Below, in pieces: positions 1-13,064 of a DNA stretch of 52,472 nt. Position numbers and translations under genes: made by a program. The first letter of the stretch is position 1; the number at the start of each line of letters is the position of its first letter. The notes below the pieces were generated by a model that made no database searches, was not told the origin of the DNA, and saw only the letters and a program-made list of their open reading frames with translations. The stretch covers positions 434,001 to 486,472 of the forward strand of contig NW_027191470.1 of the NCBI RefSeq assembly GCF_011745625.1. The letters are read 5' to 3'. This stretch comes from Cladosporium halotolerans. Lineage: Eukaryota.

Positions 1-1292
1 GGTGGTCTTCTGCACGTTGTTGGCTTTTGCTTTTTGCTCGCCTGGGCACGCGTTCAGACTGATCTGAGCCGGGCTCGAGATCGATGCACGACTCGACTCG
101 ACTCGAGACGAGGCGAGCAGGTCAAAGTGAGCGTTACATCACATCACAGCCTCACTCGCTCCCTCTCTCATCTCCTTCCCACGCACGGCAGGCTCCGAAC
201 GACCGAACATACGTACGTACGTGTCCGCTCAGCTCTCCTGGGCAGCGCGAAGATAGAGCAAGAGTGACATCAACCCCTCCCCTCGCCCCGATCGCCACAC
301 CCACGCCGCCGAGCCCTCCCTCCAACCAACCTCAAGCGAGCCGCCCGCAGGCAGCACGATCGCAAGCAGGCTCTGAGGCGATCCGGAGGATTTGTCACAG
401 GGGCCCTGTGCAGCCGTCCCATCCTCATCGCCCAGCAGAGCGGTGAAGACCGACCCCCCTCCCCTCCCAGCCTTTCTCTTCACAGCACGATCCAAGAGCC
501 AGCGCCACGCCAGCGCGAGCAGAACCCCAAACAGAGAGGCCACCCCTGCAAGCAAGCAAGCACAGCCGGCCAGCCGGCCGGACGCAGCGCCCGCCTTCGG
601 GCAAAGTGCCGCGCGCCCTCCCTCGCTGCCAGCTTGCTGCTGGGCCGCCATGCCTGATCGGAGCGAGCGAGCGGGCGCGAGCGAGGGTGTGTGTCGATCG
701 CCCGGCGCAGCCCGTATCTCTGGGAACAGAGAGATCGCAATCGTGGCTTCGCTCGCTGCAGAGAACAGAACGAAGACGCTCACTCACTTACTCACAGAGA
801 TCTGAAGACATAACGGGCGCGCGAGCGTTTTGCCCCTCCACCGGCGAAGCCAGCCCTGCGACGCCCAGCCCAGCGCACGCCTTTGAGTGACACGAAACGG
901 GCTGGCAGAAGCGCGAAGCGCGCTGCGCTGCGCTTCACGATTGGGAAACCCTCGGCGTGTTCGTGCCAGGCCAGGCCAGGGCGGGAGGAACCTTCAAGCG
1001 GCCGGGGGGGTTGGGGCAAGGGGCTCGTGGGCTGGCTGCATACGTGTACGGGCGCGCGAGCGCGAGCGTGAAGGAAGGGGACGGACGCGTGCTGGGGGGT
1101 GGGTTTGGTTTGCTTTTGCCGTCGTCGGGCGGAGGAGGGGCTGGGGCTGTTTGACTCGTTCGTGTCGAGCGGGCGGCAGATGCCGTGGGGAGCGAGCCTG
1201 CGAGGGTGGGAAACGACTCCGGGTGGTGCGGCCCACTCGGTTCGCGCTCTGCTGGCGCTGGCGCTGGCGCTGGCGCTTGCTTCGTCTCGTCT

Positions 1293-1316
1293 GCAGGCAG
1301 GCAGGCAGGCAGGCAG
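1293..1316. repeat. (GCAG)6 microsatellite
   Basis: Six tandem GCAG units read directly; a (GCTGGC)n run lies just upstream at about 1251-1276. Confidence 0.9.
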
Positions 1317-1747
1317 GCCTCCAGCCGGGAGTAGTGATGCGCGGCGGACTGACTACTCTGTGCTGTGCGGACTCCTGGGAGCGGCTTCCGGGAATGTGCA
1401 GATCGTGATGCGACGGGTGCTTGCAGGCTCGCGTCAGACATTGAGGGTGATCGGCCGGAGGCTTGCTCTGACTGGCAGGGCAGGGCGTGGGCAAGGGAGC
1501 TGTGCGGCCTTTTTCGGGCAGGGGAGGGGGATTCGGTTTGGTCTGGTGTGATAGCTGGGAGGGATGCTGGAGGACTAGCTAGGCTAGCTAGGCAGGCGTC
1601 TCCGACATGATCGCCCGCTCGGCCGGCGCACAGATGTAGCAGGTGTAGGGGGGGAGATAACTCGGTCGGTCAGCTTGGTCAGCTTGGCTGGCTGGCTGGA
1701 TGGATGAGCAAGGGCGAGCAGGGTAGAGACCGAGCAGCTCGAAGACG

Positions 1748-1749
<2 letters not shown>

Positions 1750-1782
<33 letters not shown>
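1750..1782. repeat. (GAC)11 microsatellite
   Basis: Perfect 33-bp trinucleotide run. Confidence 0.95.
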
Positions 1783-4700
1783 ATCGGAAGGTCCACCGGC
1801 GTACGAACCACCCACACGTGCCCCCGCGATGCCTTTGCCCGCGCGAACTGGCGGGATGACATTCCATCCGCCGGCATATTCCATGCATCTCCACTTGCCA
1901 CCGTCCCGCCGGGGGGTGCGACAGGTCTGCAGCCAGCGCACGAGAGCCAGTAACAGAGCGCCGGCCGAACAGGCGTCCTCTGACCGCCACCAATTTTCGC
2001 GTCCTGCAGGCCCCGTGCTTTCGTCGCGCCGCGCGCGGAGGGGGGCATCGTGGCCAGTAGGCAGGAGCGCTAGGGACGTGGAAGGATCTGGCGGCGAGCG
2101 TGCAGGCGTCGAAATGCTGGGTGGCAATCCCGTCGAGCCCCTGTTGGCAGGGCGCTCGCCGGTTGAGGTGATGTGCTCCAGGGATGTGAGGTCCGGCTGA
2201 GCAGGACGAAGCGAGGCTTCCCTCGCCCGTCGAGCGCGCGTTGACCACGGCAGGAATCGTGGCAGCCGTCATAACGGCTGGGAAAACAGTCGCTTAGAGG
2301 CAAGCGAGCCGTTGCCAGCTGGAGCGGCAACCTGATCCGGTCGCTCTCGAGATGAAGAGAAAACGAGCCGTGTCATGGTTTACACGAGGCAGGCAGATGC
2401 TTGCCTGGGGCGGCTGTGAAGAAAGCAAATCCACGTCCGAGGGTCACCCGACGTGCTCTCGGATAGTAGGGGAGTCTGCTAACCGGGCGTTCGTCACGCG
2501 GATCGTGCGCGGCGAAGTTGGGTATAGCTGCGGTCAAGGAGGTGAGATTCGACTGGGGTTATATTGATCCGGTGGGCGTGCGCCTGCTGTGCATCCGCGC
2601 ATGCAAGCTCTCCCGTACGCGTGTTTGACGTGTCGCCTGCCTGATTCGAGGAAACTAAACCGGACGGTCGATAGTCGATGCGATCAAGCAGAGAGACGGC
2701 GCGCTGTTGTTGCACGGGAGCTCCTTGTTCGACGGGAAAATAATGCCGCCGTGTTGCACACAAAAATAGGGCGTAAACAAACAGCGTGCTGCCTGTCTAT
2801 CTGACGAGGCCGTGCTTTGCATGGGGTAGCGGTGGCTGGAGGACGGTTCAGGCACGGCGTGGTGAACCTTTGGCGCTCGCGAGTAAGGCGGCTGCTTAAT
2901 AAACATGAGAGCCCAATGCAGTCGCCGTGGTTGCGAGTCGTGTCTCGATGGCTAGGCCAGATTGGGCGGTGCGCCATCTAATATGCGTTCCGGGCGGCGT
3001 CATTTGCGCAATCTTCCATGTAGGCATTCCCCATGTTTGTCGTCAGGGCCAGCTCGCCTCGCTTGATTAGCAAGCGACCGTCGACTGACTCCTGCCCACG
3101 CAGCAGACGGGCACGTGCGGCGGCGAAATCAAGATCTGCCAGGTGCTGTATGTGTTGGCGCTGGCGTGTCGACGGGCCAGGCAAGGCACCTTAGGCGGCG
3201 ACAAGTGCAAAACGACGGGGGCGCGGCGGCCTGAGGTCTGTAGAAGAAACATCGAAGATCCATGGAAGGGCGGCGGGCGCGGCAGGATTGGGCAGGCACG
3301 AGTCGCACGAGTCGTTGCCAAACGTGCAAACGTTCATCGAAGAAGGGCGCTCAGGCTGGGCAGGGCGTCACGTGCGGCGGTTGGTGTTGGGCACGGGTGT
3401 GTCGCAGCAGGCTGATGCTGGGCGGGCGCAACGGTATCCTGCACGCACGCGCTATCGTTGCAGCTTGATCGGCTTCCAGAAGGCCTCTGCGACACGCGAT
3501 GCGAGTCAGCGGCGAGTCGATGCACCGGCGCACAGGTCAGGGTCGCACCCAACCCGCCTGCGCGCACGGCGAGGCAGGCGATGGCGGTGAGCGCTCGACA
3601 GCGACGACATCAGCGACCACAACGACGACGCCGACGCCTCTGTCGCAGGCGTCGTCGCACTCTCCGTGCCCCCGACGCGGCACGACAGGCGGCGTGAGTT
3701 TGCACGGCGGTTGATCTGGCGATCAGCCGGGCGATCAGGCCCGCCAGGCTGCTGGCAGCGCAAAGCTTCAGGCCCAGCGAGGCTCCCGAGTCTCCCCATC
3801 ACACGTGTTGTCGGGCAGGCCGTTGCCCATCTGCCGTCATGATCAGCGCGCGACCCTGCGCAGGAGTGTGTAGATCTGCGGCCCCATGTCACTCGTACAG
3901 TCGTACACCTGCCAGCCGCCGAGCACAGCTAAGATTCCTTCTGCACGCTCTCGAAATTGAGCCCGGCAGCAGAGGTGCCTAGCGCAGCCAACGGTGTCTC
4001 TGCTAGATGGGCGAGAGCACGTCTCCGCCGTCCGCTCGGCAATCGACATCCGTCGCCGTCGCGGAAATCCACCAAGCGAGAGATTCGAGGCTGCGCGATC
4101 TTTGATGACCAGGAGCGCCGACGTCGCCACTCCGCAGGCAAGCACAGGTTAACTAAGCTGAACGATGCGCCCTCCGCCAACCCTACGTCCCTGCAATAAT
4201 CACGCTTCGGAATCCCGCCCGCGATCTACATGCAAGCCGCGGCTCGCGTACGCAGCGCGCACATGGGCTGACCGATCGCAAACCGGGATCGCAATCCTGT
4301 CCTGTCCTGCCCTGCCCTGCCCTGCCCATCGCCGAAACGAACGAGACCGCAACCGCGCTCCTCCGATCGCCCAGTCGCATCTTCGCCTGCCCTTAGGGTT
4401 TGTAGAAAATTTCGCCCGCCGCGTGGTACAGGCGTGGCGAGCGCTGCGCCGCAGGGATGCGTGCGGACAGCTGCTGCTGAACGGGATCTGCGACGGATGC
4501 TGGTTGCCACGGATATTCGCAGCCTAGCACGGCGTCGCAGCACACGAGTGGCAGATGATCGCGAGGCGCCTGCCGTGGCGTGGCTTCGATGCGTGCTAGC
4601 ACCCGAACATGCCGTGCGATGCGGTCTGGACCCGGCAAATTGGTGCACGCAGCAACACTCGCAACGACACAGGCGGCAACCGCGCGCGCCCTCTTTCTCC

Positions 4701-4944
4701 GCTCAGGAGGGTCGACAAGCGAGCGAATCCTGCCCGCCGACAAAACCGACGGAGTGTAATTTTGGTCCTCGAGCGTCGTGTGCATCTGCCACCAGCGGAG
4801 CGAACGAAGATCCACACGGCGCCAGAAACCCAACCCTCAGGCGCACACATCCGCCCTACACCTTACCGAGAGCGGCCTGCGGACGCGATAGTGCGCTGCC
4901 CGAAGCGAGCGCTACGCGTTACCTAGGATCCGGCGTCGGAGGAA

Positions 4945-4966
4945 GCGCGCGCGCGCGCGCGCGCGC
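4945..4966. repeat. (GC)11 alternating purine-pyrimidine tract
   Basis: Perfect 22-bp GC dinucleotide run. Confidence 0.95.
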
Positions 4967-7751
4967 TCGCGAACACAGGCAAAGGCACAGGCACAGGCAC
5001 AGGAAGGCTAAAGGGTGGACGAACAGCAAAGTGGCAGGAGCAGCGGTGCAATTAAGCACAGCGATCAGCAAATGCGATGGCAAGTTCCGTGGCGTGGCAG
5101 CGGATCGACAGCACCTAGTCTCTTGGGCCGGCCGCATGTCGCGTGGGCGGCTGCCGATCACCGGCGGGTGCGAGGGTGCCGCTCCCACGCGGCCAGTGCG
5201 TGGCGTGGCGTGCCTGGGAGGGAGGGAGGGCGGGCGGGCGGCGGAGGTGGACGATGGATGATGGATGAATGGGCGGACAGGGCAGGCTGGGCGCGCGGGC
5301 GGTCGGTCGGTCGGTGGCTCGCCTTCGCTACCGCGGCCAGCAGGCGATGGTGCTGTGCTGCTCGCGACGGCGGCGTGCATGCAAGCGAGGCGGCGGGAGG
5401 GCACAACCCTTGCGCGCCACGTTGGGCGATCGGCGGCGCGGCGGGCATGCAGACGCCGTGTAGACTGGTAGTACCTAGTGTGTAGGCAGTACGGCTACTG
5501 TAGTCCAGCGACGCCTAGGCATGCAGGATGGCCAACGGTCGCGTCGTCTCAGATGCAGCGCCTCGCGATCCATCGAGCGCCCGCCCGGACGCCGCCGCGG
5601 TGCCATCTCCAAGGACCCCTCGGGCTCGCTTGAGCTTGGTGGGCGGTAGCGCTGGCGATGAAACGGCTGGCGCGGTGCCTCTGTGATTGCGACAGCGCCC
5701 GGCGCCTGTTTCGCCTGCACGCGAGATGACGCTGCGGCGCCTCAGCAGCCGCCGCCGACGCATCGCCGCCTGTGCGTGGGCTGCGGGTGGAGGTGGAGGA
5801 TGCGCGGTGCCGTCCGCGGTGAGATGTGATCGTGTGGCTGCAGACTCGCGGTGCGTGGACGCCTGCCTCGCTGCGCTGCACCCTGCCGGACAGACACGAG
5901 GCGGTACCGTAGACAAGACACACAGCCTTCCGCCTCATGTTCGGTAATTGCACGTGCGAACGCTCGCTCGCGCGCGCACGCAGGGCATTGGCATGTCCTC
6001 GCAGGCGGCGGACGTGCTCGGCAGGGCGCGGTACTTTCCTCTAGCCTGCCGCCGCGTCAGAGCCCTCGCGATGATCTGCGCGAACCGGGTTCATCCTGCA
6101 CCGCACATCTGCCCCGTCTGCACGCCTCTCCACATGCGTCGTCTGTGCCCGCGACCCTGTCCCAAACCTTGTCCTGGCCGCCCACGCGCTTGACAGGCAC
6201 GCGGCACCGCTGCAGCGCCCGCCGCGACTCAAGAATTGCCCGACGCATGCAGGGCGGGAGCCTTGTGTCGTTGCTGATGCTGTGCGCACTACGCTGGAGT
6301 GAGTGAGTACCTTCGCCCACTGCCGTTGCCAGACGGGCTGGACGGCAACGCCAACCCACTGCCACACACTGCCTTACTCCTTCGCAGGTGAGTGAGTGCA
6401 GCCCTGCATTCAGGCGATCCAGTGCAATGCAACGTCTTGGTAGCGTTAGGTGGACTGGCACGACTGCGTAGCGCATCCTGGGGCCTCCCGCTGCTGTCCC
6501 GCTGCTGCCAATAGTCCGTCCGCGCGCCTCTGCAGCCCTGCCAGAGCCCGCCACACCGCGCACTCTAAGGTATCATGTCGGGGACGGCGACGGCGCTCAC
6601 GTCTGCAAAACGGACGTCCCACCGCGAGCCTGTCCCCGGCTCCTCGTCACGCTCGTGTGCCTGAACGGCTGGCTGCCCTTCTCAGCCTCCTCAAACCTCC
6701 CATCCCATCCCATCATCCCTCCCACGCGCCACCCTGCGCCCATCCTCGCCGCTCCCGAGCGATCGCCTCCCGCCCACGCGCGCAATCTGACATCAATCTC
6801 CTCCGCCGCTGCGCTCTTGCATGCATGCCTGCTCGCCTGCCAGCCTGCACGCCGCCCGCCGCCGCCTGATCCTCACCATTCATCACTCCCAAGGCCAGGC
6901 ACGCCGGGCTCCTTCGCACGCCTCGCTCCCTCACCGTGCTGCCACCCGAGCCAGAGACCACACACGCACATTCACATCATCACCCGGTCACCATCCACTC
7001 ACCATCCACTCACCATCCACTCACCACCCGGTCACCACCCAGTGTCACCCACTGCCGCCTCGCCCTGGCGGCAGATCGTCATCGCCCGCCCTCTCACTGG
7101 CCCGACTCATTACTTAGTACCTGCTGCTCGGCCGATCACCGCTCCTGGCCCTGCTCGCCAAACGCCCTCCCACGCCTCCACCACCCTTGCCTCATCCGTC
7201 TGGCGCCCGCGCGTTGCGTAGATTAACAGCCAGGATCTGGCGCCCGCACCCCGGCCCGCTTGGAGCTCTCGCGTTCGAGGCCGAGCACTGCACGCCAGCA
7301 TCACCAGTGCCACAGCCCGCCGCCCGCCCGCCGCCTGTCACTTCACTGCCGTCGCCCACTGACCACCCACCCATCCACTCATCCACCCATCCAGCCCACA
7401 GCCCTTGACCCCGGCCGTTGCTCGCACCTCAGGCCCGCTTTTCGACTCCCGGCCGCCGCGCGAGTAAGCTCGACCAGGCCAATCTACCTGAACGTACTCT
7501 TGCATCGGTACATCAATTTACAACGGAGATCACCACGCCGCCCGCTCGTCTGTCTGTGCGATCGACGAGATTGATCCCAGCGCCACGCAAGCCGGCTTGC
7601 ACTCACATTGCATATTGGCGTCCTGCCGCGGCTCCTTCCTTCTTGTTGCCATCATATCCACGGCTGCATCCTCCTCTCTCTCTCTTCAGCAGTCGCTCTC
7701 GTGACGTACCTCCTCCAACACCACTCTCTACCACCGACGACTTTGGTCTGA

Positions 7752-9058
7752 ATGGCAGCTGTGGGCATGATGAGCTACCCTCCGCGCGATAGCCTGCAGG
7801 GCTATTCGCAACAATACGTCCACTACGCCTCACGCGCCCACCAAGACCAGGCGGCAACCGTATCGTCGCTCGCCGCCAATCCCTACGCCAGCTATGCCTC
7901 CGCTCCTCAGCAGCAGTCGCAGGCGTACCAACAGTCGACGAGATCAGCTCGATCGTCACACTCACCCACGTCCGATGACGGTCAAAAGCCGTCGCTGCCG
8001 TCGATATCGAACCTTTTCGGTATGGTGGACGGCGAACGGTCGGGCCAAGAACGTGGTACGTCGCCTTCTTCAGCCCCTCACTCGATAACGGCAGTCGGCT
8101 TGTAAGCTAACGAACGATCCTAGCAGCGAAGAACGCACACGCCATCCAGTCTCAGCAGGCGCAGCCTCAATCGCAACCACAACCACAGACACAACCTCAA
8201 TCGTACCCGGCAACACACTCCCAGCCTCAACCTGAGCAGTACCAACGACAGCAACACTCAGAACATCCGATGCGACAACAACACCAATTCCACCACCCGG
8301 CGCAACCCCCTCCGCAATTCGTAGCGGTCGCGCCCAGAGCAGAGCCGGCATCCCACCTACCCCCCAACCTCCAACACGACGCCAGCAACGCCCAGAGAGC
8401 AATGATCCCGCCCACGCCTCCCATGCGCACCGGCTCCATCGGCGAAAACACCCAAAGCCCCTCGACAATCTCGACCGGCTCCTCCCTCTCAGGCCAGCCC
8501 TTCTTCATCGGCTCCGCCCTCAACAACGTCGAAGCCGACCAACAACGCGCCCTCATCCCCCACATCCACAAACGCCCCTCCGTCCCCACCCACGCGCAAA
8601 CCTCCCCCTTCGGCACCTCCCCCTACACAACCGCGAGCGCCTACTCCGCCTCGCCCAGCGCGCTCTCCGCCTCGGGCTCCTTCTACTCCCCCAACCAGCA
8701 ACCCCCCGGCTACCCACCCAGCTACCAGCGGCCCCTGCCCGCCAGCTTCCCGCCCTCCGCGCCCCTCCTCCCCGCCACCAACCCCTGGGAGCACCACCAC
8801 TACATCGGGCCCTCCGCGCACGCGACCTACCCGCAGACGCAGGAGCGCTACATCTGCCAGACGTGCAACAAGGCCTTCTCGCGGCCGTCGAGCCTGAAGA
8901 TCCACTCGCACTCGCACACGGGCGAGAAGCCGTTCCGCTGCCCGCACGCGGGCTGCGGGAAAGCCTTCAGCGTCAGGAGCAACATGAAGAGGCACGAGAA
9001 GGGGTGTCACTCGGGCGTCGTGGGGGCTGTGGGGGGGATGGGGCTGGGGGGGCAATAA
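7752..9058 (+). CDS. mtfA: C2H2 zinc-finger transcription factor, MtfA-like; join(7752..8055,8124..9058)
   Basis: Two C-terminal fingers YICQTCNKAFSRPSSLKIHSHSHTGEKPFRCPHAGCGKAFSVRSNMKRHEKGCH preceded by WEHHHY, as in Aspergillus MtfA. N-terminal LPSISNL motif. Intron GTACGT(8056)..GCTAAC..TAG(8123) joins the two ORFs in frame with no stop. Confidence 0.85.
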
Positions 9059-9862
9059 CAGTGGGTGAGAGCGGGTTTAGCCGGCGAGGATGATGGAACT
9101 GAGGTGGGTTTTTGCGGTTTGTTGGTGAAGTTCGGTCAAACACGGCGTTTTGGGTTACAGGTCGGACGGGAACGACTCTAAAGGGGTCGGTCGGTCGGTT
9201 CGCGAAAGGGGGATTCGGAGTTTTCTTTTCTTGGTCCTGTCTTGTTTTATTCTTTTCTTTTCGAACTTCTCTCTGCAAAGGATACCATTTTGGAGCTTTT
9301 AGAAAGGAAGGGCCCGGCCGGCGTTTTTGTTTTTTTTTTTAGCGCGCAAAGAAGAAAGAAAGGAAGAAGCCCCCTCGAGGCGGGGTTTTAGATGATATTT
9401 CCGTTGCTGTTGTTGTTGTTGTTTTCTGTTTCGTTACGTCTCATGGGTCAGTCTGCCCGAGAGAGATTGGGGGGATTTTTCCATTCTGAGAGGATCGGGG
9501 TTTCTGTCGTGGCATTTTCTCTCTCTTTGTTTTTTTTTTATACTCAGGAAGGATACAAATCTGTGTACTATACCTTACTATACGAGCCCGGACTTCCCCC
9601 CATTTACATATACCTTACATACATACATACCTACATACACGGGCTCGAAAAGAGAAAACAAAAGCATTCCCAGCCAACGAGTCCAGCGTCCGATCTCATC
9701 GCGCGAATAACTTATGGTCAAATCGACGATCGCGTGCGAGAGAGGGCGCGCAGCGTGGTTTGGCATGCCGGGCAGGCCGCCTGACTGCGATCGTTCTTCT
9801 GTCCTCAGATGGCTCGTGGCGCGGAATTGTCAACGCCACTTTCCGGATTTCCGCTCCACTAC

Positions 9863-9883
9863 CAGCAGCAGCAGCAGCAGCAG
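9863..9883. repeat. (CAG)7 microsatellite
   Basis: Read directly; lies between convergent genes. Confidence 0.9.
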
Positions 9884-11211
9884 CATCATCACACGAACGA
9901 ACGACAAAAGGAAACGCTTCCGTTGCATCCCCTTCCCCACAGCAGGCGAAGCTACATCACGTCCCAACACACTTCCACCCACGTCCCAGAATCGGCCGGG
10001 ACGAAGAGCACAGGGCGGTCGGTTTGATTCGTTTGCCTCTAAATACTTCCTGGCGGTCACGATGGGAACGGAGTGTGAGACGTGCCAGCTAGCTGCTGTT
10101 CCCGCCGGGGATTTTCCCTCGTCGGCTGGGTGGGAGAGGGACGGTGGTGGGGAGACGGTCACGCGGGCGAGAGTTGGTTTTTTTCGCCTGGCGGGTTTGG
10201 AGTCGAGAGGAGAGGGCGAGAGGCTCGTTAGACGGATGTGGGCTGGGAGTCGTGTCGACTGCTACGGAGCGGCTTTTGGTGCCGGGACGGGGGCGGGGCT
10301 CTGGTGTCTAAACCTGATGGAGGGGTCGTTCGAGGTCCGTCTTTGCTGCTGCTCTGAGGTTGGGATGGAGGGATAGCAACCGGTGATTACATCCGCTCTT
10401 GTCACTGTAGCGTCGTGAGTGGTGTCGATGTCGGGAAGTTTGCACAGGTCATGCATGGGCAAGCAGACCATCGCGTCTCATCTTTTCTCCCCTTTAGGGA
10501 GGTCGTCGGTGCCAATATGACGGATCCCTCCGTTGATGGTTTTCTGTCGATGATTCAGACGGCTTGGATCTGTCGAAGCTCATTCCGCCATGGCATTGCT
10601 GTCTGTCTTTCAGAGTCAGAAGCACTGGCAGTGGGACTCGAGGGACGGCGACGATGCCTGGTTTCGTCAACGCCTGCTGCGCTGTAGGAATGAGGATGAA
10701 GAAGAAGAAGAAGGAGAAGAAGGAGAAAACCCAAGCTCGAAAGGGGACGTTATTGCATTGAGAGACTAAGCGAGCGCGACATGAAGGCTGCGAGATACCC
10801 CAACACAAAATACTCAAGGTACGAGTGCTATAGTGAGATTGCTCTCCCAACTCTTTGATGGATGTCAAAGATTTCCCACATCCGAAATGGAAACCGAGAC
10901 TCATCAGCGCAACTAAGGCTATTTTCTTTCTGAAAATGATCGTTCGATACGTACGTAGAGCAGAAAACACCTGCGTGGTATGGGGGCATCGTTGCCAAAG
11001 AAAAAACCCAGAAAGATAACAAATCCAACCCAACCTGATCCCAGCCCAGCCCAAACCATCCCGTCCCATCCAAAATCAAAAACACCGACCCAAACCCAAG
11101 CCAAAAAAAAAAAAAACCCCACAAAAGCGCCAACCTCTTCCCATCCCAACGCACCCGACCAACCCTCCCATCTCAAACCTCAGATCCCCCCTTCGACCTC
11201 ACAATCACGGC

Positions 11212-12362
11212 TCACCTCTGCGCCGCCTCCCAAACAGCATACGCCCCGCAAACATAGCTCCCCATCAGCATCCCGTGGTACCCGCCATACTGCGCGTCCT
11301 CCACAACGCCCACAACCTCATCCGCAACCCACCCTTGCAGCAGCCCCGCGCCGTAAACCGTGCTAACGAGCAGCATCTTCGCGACGTTGAACGTGAAAGG
11401 ATCGTACGTGTAGCGCACGACGCGCACGCGCGCGTTCGCGCGCTTGACCGTGTGCACCGTCAGGTTGAAGAAGTAGGCGGCCAGCAGGGGGAGGAGCACG
11501 TTGGTGGTGGTCCAGAGGAGCGTGGGGAGCCAGAAGGCGGGCGTGAGGAGGACGAAGAGGTCGGGGAGGCGCAGGGCGTGGGATGGGATGCGCAGGAGGG
11601 GGAGCGAGGGGGTGTCGAAGGCGTATTTGAGCGGGATGAGGGCGCGGAAGAGGCTGCCGGCTTCGAGGAGGCTGAAGAGGAGGTGCACGGCGGCGAGCGA
11701 GGAGCAGGTTTCGCGCAGCGTGGAGATCGCTTCGGGGATGCCGGAGAGGGTGTAGAGGTCGGAGAGGTTGGCGTAGGATTTGGTGAGGGCGTGCTCGACT
11801 TCGTCGACGACGACGGTGGGCGAGGGCGGGAGCGAGGAGCGGCGGCGCTGCATGATGCTTGCTGCGGGCGTGCGGGCGCGCGTCATGGGCGCTGTGGGGG
11901 AGGAGAGGCCGGCGGCGCGGGTTGTGCTGGCGTAGTCGTCGTCGTCTCTGTGGGGTCTGGGGTTAGCTGGGTGGCGTGGGTGGGGTGTGGTGGAGGAGAG
12001 GAGACGAACTCGGGCTCAGACTTGACCTTTGTCGCGCGACGACCTCTGCCGCGCACGACGCTCTTGACTTCACCGTCGTCGCTGATGTCGCGGGTTGCGG
12101 CGGACTTGTGTGGCGTTCGGCGCGTCAGGAAAAACGGCTCGAAGGCGGGATCGCGCGAGAGGCGCGTCGCATTGCTGTGAAGGTGTTCGTCGAGCGCTTC
12201 GACGATGTCCGGCTTGTTCAGATCAGAGTCGCTGGGCGATGTCAGCGTATTTTTAGTAAATTAATATTGCCGAGTGAGCGCGTACAGATCCAAGCCGGCC
12301 TGGACGGCGAGGTCGATCAGAGAGGACTTTCGCTGCTTGCTGAGCCACGAGGAGGGAGCCAT
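11212..12362 (-). CDS. Uncharacterised fungal membrane protein with N-terminal HeH/SAP/Rho-N-like motif; exons 12362..12286, 12231..12010, 11947..11212
   Basis: AAAATG start. Introns GTACGC..CTGAC..CAG and GTTCGT..CTAAC..CAG give a continuous frame MAPSSWLSKQRKSSLIDLAVQAGLDLDSDLNKPDIVEALDEHL... into the hydrophobic C-terminal ORF. Confidence 0.8.
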
Positions 12363-13064
12363 TTTGGGCGACAAATGTTACATAGACTTGGTCGCGTAGT
12401 TTATGCGATCGCAATGAGAGTAAGCAAGGGTGTGCGCGAGGCGTGATGGTGGCAGCGCGTGTGAAGGCAGTGGTACATGAGGTGGTTGCTAAGGACGGGC
12501 GCGTGTGCTGGAGCATATACACAAACAAAGCGGCGGTGGTGTGTCAGTCCGGGAGGTGGGGAGCTAGACTGCAAGCAGTATGGAGCCTACCAGAGGCGTG
12601 CGGCAGCAGAAGCAGCAGCATTCCAACCGCGCCTGCTGCCCTCTCGCCGGTGCTGGATGAACGTGCACCATTTCTACAGCTATCCTTTGCCGCCAGCAGT
12701 GCTCACGAGCATTGGCGCAGGTGAAGTTGGCACAAGCGGCGGCGACTAGGAGAGCGGCCCTCCGCAGCGTTAGGCACTCGCCGGCCGCTCGGGCATGCGG
12801 TCATCGCTGCGAATCCTCGCCTTTCCGCCGCAGCCAGACCGGACTTTTGCACCAGAGATCAACGGGGGCTTGACCACTCGCTGCGAAAACCACTCAACCC
12901 CTCCACCACCACATCGCGGCCTCTATACACCCATTGCACTTCTTTCACGCCACTCGCTGATTTTTGACGAATTTTCTGGCCTGCGATAAGTCTGGTTCCC
13001 GGCACCGGCGAAACGAACTCAGCACAGCGCATGCTGTAAGCCAGACGGCGCAAAACGAGCATTC

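Noticed and set aside
34..7600. Dozens of 60-275 aa ORFs in all six frames
   Set aside because: Arg/Pro/Ala-rich translations with no domains, expected by chance in stop-poor GC-rich DNA.
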